Origin: a virus | Taxonomy: Duplodnaviria > Caudoviricetes | Virus record (IMG/VR): IMGVR_UViG_3300009179_000231 | Span: 1 to 26,388 of that record | Reading direction: 5' to 3' (one strand) | Length of the DNA stretch: 26,388 nucleotides | Notes under the pieces: model-generated | Seen by the model: only the letters and a program-made list of their open reading frames with translations | Told to the model about the DNA's origin: nothing | Database searches by the model: none | Shown here: piece after piece, positions 16,458-24,738 of the stretch | Numbering within the stretch: the first letter of the stretch is position 1 | How the letters are laid out: each line of letters starts with the position of its first letter | Position numbers and translations under genes: made by a program

Positions 16458-16698
16458 TTATTTGAATTTGGGGTCTTTATTGCGGTCGTAGGATCTGATA
16501 CTCTTGGTGTCTATATTCAGAATCGAAAGAGTCGCATCCGCCTCATCGCCGTCCGGTGTTACTACGGTGATTTGGTCACCGAGATACTTTCTTCGCGAAG
16601 AGAATCTTGTTAGCGAGATCTCCACTCTTATCGGTAGTTCTGAATACCATACCCGTTTTCAGTGTGGTTTCGACTACGAATTGTGAAAACTTTTTCAT
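16458..16698 (-). CDS. small virion-type protein (SH3/KOW-like), interrupted by a +1 frameshift at CGG (16581-16579); absent from the ORF track
   Basis: ATG 16698 gives MKKFSQFVVETTLKTGMVF...AKKVS-CGG-TGA. The +1 frame gives GDQITVVTPDGDEADATLSILNIDTKSIRSYDRNKDPKFK-TAA. The fused 79-aa product fills the gap between its neighbours. Confidence 0.7.
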
Positions 16699-16701
16699 AT
16701 C

Positions 16702-16902
16702 TTATCGTCCCTTGGTATGAAGTTTGATAAAATCGGCGGCATCCTGGAAACCGAGTTTGTTGGCGACAAAGATGAGATCCATGAGCTGATCGTTCAGAGA
16801 ATCCTGACGAGGCGGGAAGATCGGGGCTTTATCAATCAGATTGCGCCAGCTACCTTTAGCGGCTTCTTCCTGTAAGAACTGAGAAAAATTCCTGGTTTTC
16901 AT
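16702..16902 (-). CDS. small putative internal virion protein
   Basis: N-terminus MKTRNFSQFLQEE resembles T4 capsid-targeting leaders. SD AGGAG, with a late-promoter-like site upstream. Confidence 0.65.
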   Translation of the reverse strand: MKTRNFSQFLQEEAAKGSWRNLIDKAPIFPPRQDSLNDQLMDLIFVANKLGFQDAADFIKLHTKGR

Positions 16903-16929
16903 AAACGACTCCTGTATGTTGTTTACCGT

Positions 16930-16937
16930 TATTTATG
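16930..16937 (-). promoter_or_regulatory. putative T4-type late promoter
   Basis: Minus strand CATAAATA (7/8 match to TATAAATA), intergenic and 27 bp above the 16902 ATG. Confidence 0.55.
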
Positions 16938-16949
16938 ATTACCTTAGGA

Positions 16950-16970
16950 TAAAGGTGGGCATCCCTGCCC
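16950..16970 (-). terminator. possible weak terminator after the ATPase
   Basis: Hairpin GGGCA-ggga-TGCCC followed by ACCTTTA. The U tract is poor. Confidence 0.35.
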
Positions 16971-16979
16971 GGCTCGTGC

Positions 16980-18014
16980 TTAGAGGTCGAGAAGCGTGCC
17001 GCGAGCCAGAGTGTCCCACTTCTTCGGGAAAGCCGCGCGGAGTTCGGCGAGCTTGACGATAGTGCGGATGCTGAGTTCGCGGAAGCGAGTGTGGTGCTCC
17101 TCGACGAAATCGATCACTTCCTGGTGGTAAGCGGGATCCAGGAACTGGTGCAGCATCGTGGTTGTGGTTACGATGTGACGGATGCGCATGATTTTCTCGC
17201 GGTCCGTCTCCAACACCGCATTGATGTAGTGAGCACGGCTCATGATAGCGTCGTAATGCGTTTGGCGCTGCTTGCGAGCCTCTTCGAGATTGGTGTTAGT
17301 GAGGATAACCACGCAACCTTCGAACTCGAACTCCTGCGGAATACCCTCGGCTTCCAGAGCCATCGAGAGCTTGCGGTAGCTGATAGAGCGGGTTTTGGAG
17401 GACTCGGTCGCCGCCTTGAGCAACTGCAGGCTTTCGGGGTCGGTGAACGCTTCGTCCGCATCATCCAGCACCAGAACACCGTGGCGGGCGCGGTAAAGCT
17501 CGATGTAGAGGGCGATGGGCGAGATAGTACCCTTGACTTGGTGGAAGTAGAAGTTGCGGTTTTCGCGAGACTTAGCCTTCATCGCCTTGATGACTTCGAA
17601 CGTCTTGCCCGTACCCGGAGAACCGGACACGATCATCGAGCGAATCTTGAGGTCCGCCGAAGCTTCAGAGAGCAGAGTAAGAGAGTCGAACGTGTCTTGG
17701 ATGCGCTTGAACAGCTCTTCGTCCGTCAACTCTTCCAGTTCGGCAATGCGCTTCTGGCGCTTCGTAGGAACATGAGACACCGGCTCGCGGGTTTCTAAGC
17801 CACCGAAACCGGCTGAGCGCATCTTTTCCATGATGCTCGCTTCGTTGAGCGCCAACTGGGCACTATCGCCGACGAAGATCGTACGGTTTCCGACTTTGGT
17901 GAAAGCATCCGGAACCGCTTGGCGCAGCGCGCGGAAGAACTGATACTGCTTCGAGTTGGCAGGGCTGGGAACGGGCTGGTTCGTGGCAAGCTGGGAAACG
18001 AGCTGGCTGAACAT
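16980..18014 (-). CDS. early AAA-family P-loop ATPase
   Basis: Walker A GSPGTGKT, Walker B VLVLDDAD, sensor ILTN and Arg finger AIMSR. It is the first gene after promoter copy 3 and is visibly GC-richer than its neighbours. Confidence 0.85.
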   Translation of the reverse strand: MFSQLVSQLATNQPVPSPANSKQYQFFRALRQAVPDAFTKVGNRTIFVGDSAQLALNEASIMEKMRSAGFGGLETREPVSHVPTKRQKRIAELEELTDEELFKRIQDTFDSLTLLSEASADLKIRSMIVSGSPGTGKTFEVIKAMKAKSRENRNFYFHQVKGTISPIALYIELYRARHGVLVLDDADEAFTDPESLQLLKAATESSKTRSISYRKLSMALEAEGIPQEFEFEGCVVILTNTNLEEARKQRQTHYDAIMSRAHYINAVLETDREKIMRIRHIVTTTTMLHQFLDPAYHQEVIDFVEEHHTRFRELSIRTIVKLAELRAAFPKKWDTLARGTLLDL

Positions 18015-18054
18015 TCTGTGCTACTCCTGGGTTGTTGGCTTACTTGATGTGCGT

Positions 18055-18107
18055 AGTATAACAGCCGCGAAGCCCGATGTCAAGCCGTTCAGGAAAAATA
18101 TTTCCAC
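18055..18107 (-). promoter_or_regulatory. early promoter cassette, copy 3
   Basis: TTGACA (18083-18078), 17 bp, TATACT (18060-18055). The upstream block is GTGGAAATATTTTTCCTGAACGGC. Confidence 0.88.
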
Positions 18108-18108
18108 A

Positions 18109-18139
18109 AAAATGCGACACCGCAAGGATGTCGCATTTT
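18109..18139 (-). terminator. intrinsic (bidirectional-type) terminator after prs
   Basis: AAAATGCGACA-ccgcaagga-TGTCGCATTTT, an 11-bp inverted repeat 14 bp after the prs stop. Confidence 0.8.
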
Positions 18140-18152
18140 CGTTGCCAAAATT

Positions 18153-19103
18153 TTACGATAAATCTTTGATGCTCGTTCCGCTGTCGATCCTCAGAATGGC
18201 TTCGGCGAGCAAGTCCGCAACGGACAGCTGACGAAAGCATCTATGAAGAGGAGGATCGATATCGAATGGAATAGTATCGGTAACAACCAATTCCGTTATA
18301 CTCGAATTCGAGAAATTCGAAACCGCGTTCCCGGACATGATAGAATGGGTACAGTAGGCTCTTACCGACTTGGCGCCTCTTTCGAAGATAGCATCGACCG
18401 CTTTAATCATCGTCCCGCCGGTATCTACGATGTCATCCACGATGACGCAGTTCTTACCATTGACGTCACCGATGATATTCATCACTTCCGACTCATTCGC
18501 TTTAGGACGTCGTTTGTCGATGATGACCAGTTCAACATCACCCACTTGCTTGGCTAAACTTCGGGCTCTTAAAACTCCCCCCACATCGGGCGAAACGATA
18601 ACCAGGTTATCTAATCCGAGTGAATTGATATCGTCGGCAAAGTGCTTCGTAGAGTAGACATTGTCGACAGGTATCTTGAAGAATCCTTGTATCTGGTCGG
18701 CGTGAAGTTCCACGGTAAGAATTCTTTCTATTCCCGCCACCTGCATCAAATCGGCGACTATTCTTGCCGAGATCGGTACTCGAGCGGAACGCGGTCTTCG
18801 GTCTTGTCGGGCATAACCGAAGTAGGGAATGACCGCAGCGATCGAACGGGCGGATGCTCGTTTGAGGGCATCCGCCATTAGTAGCAACTCCATCAGCGTA
18901 TCGTTAGCAGGAGCACAGGTCGATTGAATGATAAACACATCCTGTCCTCTTACGTTTTCCAAAATTTCTACAGAAGCCTCGCCATCACTGAACTTATCGA
19001 TCTTTGCATGACCTAAAACCATCAAATCCCCGATCTTTCTTGACAACTGGGTGACGATTCTCTGAGATAACTGTTGATTGGAATTTCCGCTGAAGAGTTG
19101 CAT
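18153..19103 (-). CDS. prs: ribose-phosphate pyrophosphokinase
   Basis: FSDGE, PYFGYARQDRR, LHADQIQGFF, VSPDVGGVLRAR and VDDIVDTGGT. Confidence 0.97.
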   Translation of the reverse strand: MQLFSGNSNQQLSQRIVTQLSRKIGDLMVLGHAKIDKFSDGEASVEILENVRGQDVFIIQSTCAPANDTLMELLLMADALKRASARSIAAVIPYFGYARQDRRPRSARVPISARIVADLMQVAGIERILTVELHADQIQGFFKIPVDNVYSTKHFADDINSLGLDNLVIVSPDVGGVLRARSLAKQVGDVELVIIDKRRPKANESEVMNIIGDVNGKNCVIVDDIVDTGGTMIKAVDAIFERGAKSVRAYCTHSIMSGNAVSNFSNSSITELVVTDTIPFDIDPPLHRCFRQLSVADLLAEAILRIDSGTSIKDLS

Positions 19104-19116
19104 AGGTAGTCCTCTT

Positions 19117-20043
19117 TTAGTATTCGCTACGGATAGAAACGCTTCGAGCCGGAGCTATCAACTGAGCCCATCCTGCATTGGGGTCGTTGAAAACTGCCGA
19201 ATTATTCAGGAAGGGTATCTGGTCTTCCGCCTGAACGCCTACTTGAGTGTCCAAGATAGGATTACCGAAATGAACCACGTTGACTTTATGGCACAGTTTG
19301 AAGTTGCCCCAGCCCGCCGGTCCTGGTTCGGTCACATCATACGTCTGGAAACTGACGCCGTCACGATTAGAGACCAGATATTCGAATTCGGCGCATTTAC
19401 CGTAACCGGGCGAGGTCTTGAGGTTGACTACCCAGTCCGTCGAACGACCGCCATTCTTCGTCCATGCAGTGCGAACAGGATCCTGCAATGCCGGCAGCTC
19501 GCGATAGTCGTTCAACAAGGTGCCCTTCTCGGTCCAAAGAGTGTACTCATAGCTGAGTTGCTTGACATCGGTGAGCTCGTAGTCATTTCCGCAGAAACCG
19601 CCCGGTCCGAACGTGGTGAAATCTTCCGAAGTGATTGTCAGGTAGCCTTCATCGATGTCGAATTCGCTGTTAGAGTAGAACTGGCAGCTCTTCTCGTTTT
19701 CGGGAACATACCAGAAAGAAGTACCGGCTTTAGACCCCTTACCGATACTGGAAACGATCATGTCATTAGGACCCAAGACATAGTGGTTGTAAGCACGAAC
19801 GTATCCGTCGACATCGACCGCTCTAACCGTAACGGCGACCTTCTTATCGGTAGGATTGGTGATGGAATAGCGAGCGCTCCAGCTATTACGAGTATTGAAG
19901 TAAGGAACCACGACAGTTTCATCGGGGTCGGTCACGCACCCCTCTGCCCATGGGCCAAACCCCGGTGGCGGACAAGTTTGAACGGCTAAAGCTGGTCCTA
20001 CCAATCCAAAACAAAGTGCTAAAGAACAAAGAATTTTATTCAT
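19117..20043 (-). CDS. secreted Cys-containing protein, possibly cell-surface-protein-like
   Basis: The start is ATG 20043 (SD GAGGAG), with signal peptide MNKILCSLALCFGLVGPALA. The segment VVVPYF...SITNPT...VAVTVR recalls proteobacterial surface-protein N-termini (from memory, unverified). Confidence 0.7.
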   Translation of the reverse strand: MNKILCSLALCFGLVGPALAVQTCPPPGFGPWAEGCVTDPDETVVVPYFNTRNSWSARYSITNPTDKKVAVTVRAVDVDGYVRAYNHYVLGPNDMIVSSIGKGSKAGTSFWYVPENEKSCQFYSNSEFDIDEGYLTITSEDFTTFGPGGFCGNDYELTDVKQLSYEYTLWTEKGTLLNDYRELPALQDPVRTAWTKNGGRSTDWVVNLKTSPGYGKCAEFEYLVSNRDGVSFQTYDVTEPGPAGWGNFKLCHKVNVVHFGNPILDTQVGVQAEDQIPFLNNSAVFNDPNAGWAQLIAPARSVSIRSEY

Positions 20044-20101
20044 ACTGAACTCCTCAATCATGTGGTTATCTATAATGGCCCTGCCTTATTCTCCCCGAGT
20101 A

Positions 20102-20770
20102 TCATACAGAATGATGAAACGGGGGATTACGAATATCGTCAACTGTCAAATCATGAAGGGTGAGTGGCTCTTCGATCGGTTTTCTTTTAAACCAAATCAC
20201 TTCGCCGTCGGTACCTATTCTGTTGATAGCGATATTCTGTAATACCTCAGGATAAAGAAGATTTTCTTGTTGTAAAACTCTTGCGGCAAGACCATCCTCG
20301 TTATCCTTGTTGAAAATCGGTACCCTGGCTTGCGCGATAATCGGACCCGCGTCCAGCTCAGGTGTAACAAAATGAATAGAACATCCGTGTTCCTTATCAT
20401 CGGATTCCAAAACTCTTCTGTGGGTGTGCAACCCCTTATACTTCGGAAGCAAAGAGGGGTGAATGTTGATACATCGAGTCTTCCATCTCATGCAAAAGAG
20501 AGTGGGTAGTATCCTCATGAATCCTGCCAGTGCTACGAACCTCACACCGTAATAATTCAGAGCATCATAGGTGTGCCATTCCCAGTTCTTCTTCCCTACC
20601 ACGACGCAAGGCTTACTGAAATCGTGAGCTATCTGAATACCCGGTGCTACGGGATTATCGGTGACCACTACCTTCACGCTATATCGAGAGTCCTCTTTCA
20701 GAGAACGCTCGATGATAGCTTTCATGTTAGACCCCCTACCCGAAAACAGAACAGCAATATCCATCAGCAA
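20102..20770 (-). CDS. purN: phosphoribosylglycinamide formyltransferase
   Basis: SGRGSN, LAGFMRIL, NIHPSLLP, HGCSIHFV and LDAGPII. Confidence 0.97.
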   Translation of the reverse strand: MLMDIAVLFSGRGSNMKAIIERSLKEDSRYSVKVVVTDNPVAPGIQIAHDFSKPCVVVGKKNWEWHTYDALNYYGVRFVALAGFMRILPTLFCMRWKTRCINIHPSLLPKYKGLHTHRRVLESDDKEHGCSIHFVTPELDAGPIIAQARVPIFNKDNEDGLAARVLQQENLLYPEVLQNIAINRIGTDGEVIWFKRKPIEEPLTLHDLTVDDIRNPPFHHSV

Positions 20771-22257
20771 AGACCTCCTGCATAGTTCGGTGCGTTCTTG
20801 GTAATCGATACGTCGTGCGGATGACTTTCCTTCATACCCGCTGCGGTAACCTGAACATAGTGCCCGCGATTATAGATGTCGGATAAGGTCGCGGCTCCGA
20901 TGTAGCCCATTCCCGACATCAGTCCGCCGACCAATTGGTGGATGACTTTATTCACCGATCCGCGATAAGGCACTCGACCTTCGATACCCTCGGGGACGAG
21001 CTTATCGGAAGAAACGTGGCTTTGAGAATAACGATCTTTCGAGGAGAAAGTACCGCTCATCGCCCCCAGAGAGCCCATACCGCGATAGTGCTTGTAAGCT
21101 CTGCCTTCGAACAGCTCGACTTCTCCCGGAGATTCGTCGGTTCCAGCCAGAAGCCCTCCCAACATCACCGCATCGGCTCCTGCAACGAACGCCTTTAAGA
21201 TATCTCCCGAGTATCTGATACCACCGTCGGAGATGATCGTCAAATCCGGGTATCGTGAGAAGCAATTCTGGAGAGCAGTGAACTGCGGTACACCTACTCC
21301 GGAGACCACTCGTGTCGTGCAAATGGATCCAGGACCGATACCGACCTTCACGCAATTGGCTCCGGCTTGATAAAGAGCATGAACGCCTTCGGCGGTGACC
21401 ACATTACCTGCAATGATTCCGATCTGCGGATAATTCATCGCCAGCCATTCGACCATCTCGATGACTCTCTTGGAATGCCCGTGGGCACTATCCACTACCA
21501 AGGCATCGGCACCGGCACTGATCAACTCGATGGCCCTTTCTCTTTCCGCTTCCGAGACACCGATGGCTGCAGCTACAACCAAACGCCTGTCTTTATCTCG
21601 GGTGGCGTTCGGCATCTTATCCATGATTTCCATGTCCTTCATGGTAATCAGCCCTCGGAGGATCGGGGTATCTCCTTCCATCTTCACCACCGGCATCTTT
21701 TCCACCTTGAATTGATACATCCTGCTCTTCATCTCATCGCGAGTCATATCTTCCGTTGCCACGACGAGTTGAGAGTAAGGTGTCATGATTTGCTCGACGG
21801 TAATGCTATCATCGGTTTGGAACCTGATATCTCGGGCAGTTAGAAAGCCGATCAAAATCTTCTTCGAAGAGTCATATCGAGTATAGTCCATTACGACAGG
21901 GAAACTGCTGATACCCGACACTTCGGATAAGGTTTTGACCTCTCCTAAATCATGGTAACCGTTAATGGTGATGGGATCCTTGACGACCCCACCGTCATGT
22001 CTTTTAACCATCCTGACTTGACTCGTCTGCTTGTCGATACTCATGTTTTTATGTATCACTCCGAGTCCACCGAGTTGAGCCAGCGCGATAGCCATCTTAT
22101 ACTCGGTTACGGTATCCATGGCTGCCGAGATGATAGGAACATTGAGTTTGATTTCGCGAGTGAGCTGAACCGAGGTATCTACCTCGGAAGGCAGAATTTC
22201 CGAGTATTGCGGGATGACGCTGATATCATCAAATGTCAATGCGATCTCATCTATCAT
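20764..22257 (-). CDS. guaB: IMP dehydrogenase (with CBS domains)
   Basis: [22 protein letters not shown], the catalytic [17 protein letters not shown] and VPEGIEG. Confidence 0.98.
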   Translation of the reverse strand: MIDEIALTFDDISVIPQYSEILPSEVDTSVQLTREIKLNVPIISAAMDTVTEYKMAIALAQLGGLGVIHKNMSIDKQTSQVRMVKRHDGGVVKDPITINGYHDLGEVKTLSEVSGISSFPVVMDYTRYDSSKKILIGFLTARDIRFQTDDSITVEQIMTPYSQLVVATEDMTRDEMKSRMYQFKVEKMPVVKMEGDTPILRGLITMKDMEIMDKMPNATRDKDRRLVVAAAIGVSEAERERAIELISAGADALVVDSAHGHSKRVIEMVEWLAMNYPQIGIIAGNVVTAEGVHALYQAGANCVKVGIGPGSICTTRVVSGVGVPQFTALQNCFSRYPDLTIISDGGIRYSGDILKAFVAGADAVMLGGLLAGTDESPGEVELFEGRAYKHYRGMGSLGAMSGTFSSKDRYSQSHVSSDKLVPEGIEGRVPYRGSVNKVIHQLVGGLMSGMGYIGAATLSDIYNRGHYVQVTAAGMKESHPHDVSITKNAPNYAGGLC

Positions 22258-22268
22258 AGCAGCAGTCC

Positions 22269-22925
22269 TTACCCATCGATTTCCAGAGCGATGTGGTACT
22301 CTATCTTGTATTCTTCGCTTCGGCTGGTGAATCTTGTTAGACCCTTCTGACAGATCACGACATCGTAATCGACCGGAATCAGCTTGAGATTCTCGACCTT
22401 AATGAACGACGGCGCTTGTCCTGCGTTGTCGGCGCACTCCACATTCAAAGAGATGTGGTGCTTGTTGCCCACTGCATTGCGGTTGAAGATGGTGATGCCG
22501 GAGCAATCAATCGAAAGATCCTTCAACTTCATTACCGCCGAAGAGCGTTGAATCTTATCGAACACCTCTTTGGTTAGGACGAACTTCTTGTCTTCCGATG
22601 GCAAACGAATCTTCTTATCACCCGGAGATACCACAACCGACGGGCTGGAGTAGTGGTAATCGATTTGCTCTCCCGGGTTCTCGAACACCAGCATGGTATC
22701 CTTGAATGCGATTTCGCAGCCATCGAAGAGGGAGAAGGTCGAAAGGAATTCATTCAAATCATAGATGGCAAAATCATTCGGGATCTCATCGGTGATCTGG
22801 GCCACGGCGAAGATGTTCTTCATCACGTTCATCGTTCGAAGTTCCTTGCCGGCTTTGAACAGGATTCCCTGATTGATCTGGGCAAAATTCTTCAGGATAT
22901 CAATAGTCACTTTACTTAATTTCAT
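22269..22925 (-). CDS. gp45: sliding clamp (gp45)
   Basis: MKLSK.TIDILKNFAQINQGIL, FAIYDLNEFL, ENLKLIP.DYDV and YHIALE. Confidence 0.95.
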   Translation of the reverse strand: MKLSKVTIDILKNFAQINQGILFKAGKELRTMNVMKNIFAVAQITDEIPNDFAIYDLNEFLSTFSLFDGCEIAFKDTMLVFENPGEQIDYHYSSPSVVVSPGDKKIRLPSEDKKFVLTKEVFDKIQRSSAVMKLKDLSIDCSGITIFNRNAVGNKHHISLNVECADNAGQAPSFIKVENLKLIPVDYDVVICQKGLTRFTSRSEEYKIEYHIALEIDG

Positions 22926-22962
22926 TAGTCATCTCCTTATCGGATGTGTTGGGATGTTGGAT

Positions 22963-22991
22963 AGTATAGCACAGTTTAAATGGTTTGTCAA
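22963..22991 (-). promoter_or_regulatory. sigma70 promoter for gp45-guaB-purN
   Basis: TTGACA (22991-22986), 17 bp, TATACT (22968-22963), with an extended TG. Confidence 0.82.
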
Positions 22992-22995
22992 GTCC

Positions 22996-24738
22996 TCATT
23001 CTGACTGAGTTTTGATCGTCGAGAAACCTCCCGTTTTTTCTATCATCCAGATTTTGTCAAATTTGTCGATCCAGTGATCGGAATGAGAGATCACGAAAAT
23101 CTTCGTCCCCTCACTTTTCATCGTCTTGAAGATGTCGAGGAGACTTTCGATACCGTTGGCATCTGCCGAACTGTCCAGAATCTCGTCGAAGATGATGAAG
23201 TTGACCGACAGGTTATTCTGCTTTCTTAGCAGGTCTCTCCACGTCAAAAGCATCGCCAAATCGATTCGAAGTTTTTCTCCTTCCGAGTAGGCGTTGTAAG
23301 TGATATGGTCGATTCCTCTTCCGAGTAGCGACTCCTCGAAATTCTCATTCAGCTCGAATCGAACGAAGAGCCCCAAAGCCCTGAGATAATGATTGGTCGT
23401 CGAAACGATGTTAGGGATATGCCTTCTGATAATCGATGTCTTGATACCGTTATCCTTCAGCATGGCTAAGATGAATTCGTAGCAATCTTGTTGGGAGTTA
23501 GCCAGCGATCTTTCATCGTTCTGTCCTTCTCTCGAGGCGATCAAGCCCGCCAGTTCTTTCTTGTACTCCTTAATCATATCGTCGTTCGATAAGATTTTGG
23601 TCATCTTGCTCTTTTCGATTCGGGCAATCGCTCCCAACTTCTGCTGTATCGTCTGCTCTAACAGAACGATCTGCTGCTCGAGTCTTCTATTGCTTTCCAT
23701 CCTCTTCTGAATGGCACCAATGTCGGACAAGACATTCGAAGTCTTACTCGATAGCTGATCCTGCGCCGTAGCCAGCTCCTGCTCTTTTTGATTGAATTGA
23801 GTGATCTTACTCTGTCTGATGTCGACATCGATCTCGTTATCGCAAGTCGGACAGATGCTGTTTTGGGAAAAGAACTGTATCTTCCTCTTCGTGTCGCTGA
23901 TTTTAGAGTTTATCTTGGATTGAAGATCGTAGCAAGTTTCCAGCTTCTTATTGAGAGCATCCAAATCGGCATCGATCTCCACGAACCCTTCTTTCTTACC
24001 ATCTATGTCGGCTTGTATCAACGCGATCTCGTCTTGTATCTCTTTAATCTGCTCGTCGATCATCTTCTCGTGCTCTATCTGACGCCTGATCGACTCCTGC
24101 TCCAGATCGTTGATGTGATTCTCCGACATCTCTATCTGATTCTTTAAGAGCTGCAACGAGTTTCGAATCACCATGAGCTTGTTCTTGACTTCGCTCATCT
24201 TGGCTTTGGTGACATCATTCATCACGGAGAAGATGGACAGGTTGAGTAGGTTCTCGATAAACTTCCTTCTTTCATGCTGGGCGAGTCTTAAGAATGCAAC
24301 ATAGGTCGCTTTCCCCAAAACCACTATCTGAGTGAACATCTGAAAGTCCATCTTCAAAATCTGCTTCTCCAGATAGACCTGGTAATCCCTCACATTCGAA
24401 TCCTGATTGACCAGCGTCTCTTCCTTGCCTTGTCTGATCTCGAAGACGGAAGGGTTCAATCCCCTGATGATGTGGTACTCCTCGTCTTTCTCATCGGTGA
24501 ACCAGACCTCGACGATCATCTCCTTCTTGTTCTTGTTGTTGACCAGAGCCGTCTTGTTGATTTTTCTAAACGGTTTACCGTAGAGTACGAATGTCAGACT
24601 GTCGAGGATAGATGCGCTTTTACCGGAGCCGTTGCTCCCTTGAATGAGAACCGATGAGGCATCCGAAAAATCTATCGTGGTCCACATGTTACCGAAGGAC
24701 AGCACATTCTTGAATCGCAGTTGCTTGAATTTTAGCAT
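22996..24738 (-). CDS. gp46: recombination endonuclease subunit gp46 (Rad50/SbcC-like)
   Basis: Walker A GSNGSGKS, coiled coil with the CPTC Zn hook, signature YSEGEK and Walker B IFDEILD. Confidence 0.96.
   Translation of the reverse strand: MLKFKQLRFKNVLSFGNMWTTIDFSDASSVLIQGSNGSGKSASILDSLTFVLYGKPFRKINKTALVNNKNKKEMIVEVWFTDEKDEEYHIIRGLNPSVFEIRQGKEETLVNQDSNVRDYQVYLEKQILKMDFQMFTQIVVLGKATYVAFLRLAQHERRKFIENLLNLSIFSVMNDVTKAKMSEVKNKLMVIRNSLQLLKNQIEMSENHINDLEQESIRRQIEHEKMIDEQIKEIQDEIALIQADIDGKKEGFVEIDADLDALNKKLETCYDLQSKINSKISDTKRKIQFFSQNSICPTCDNEIDVDIRQSKITQFNQKEQELATAQDQLSSKTSNVLSDIGAIQKRMESNRRLEQQIVLLEQTIQQKLGAIARIEKSKMTKILSNDDMIKEYKKELAGLIASREGQNDERSLANSQQDCYEFILAMLKDNGIKTSIIRRHIPNIVSTTNHYLRALGLFVRFELNENFEESLLGRGIDHITYNAYSEGEKLRIDLAMLLTWRDLLRKQNNLSVNFIIFDEILDSSADANGIESLLDIFKTMKSEGTKIFVISHSDHWIDKFDKIWMIEKTGGFSTIKTQSE

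Noticed and set aside
5311-16698. Stop-codon reassignment as the explanation for the broken genes
   Set aside because: The continuation is in a different frame, and TAG, TAA and TGA all terminate intact genes normally.
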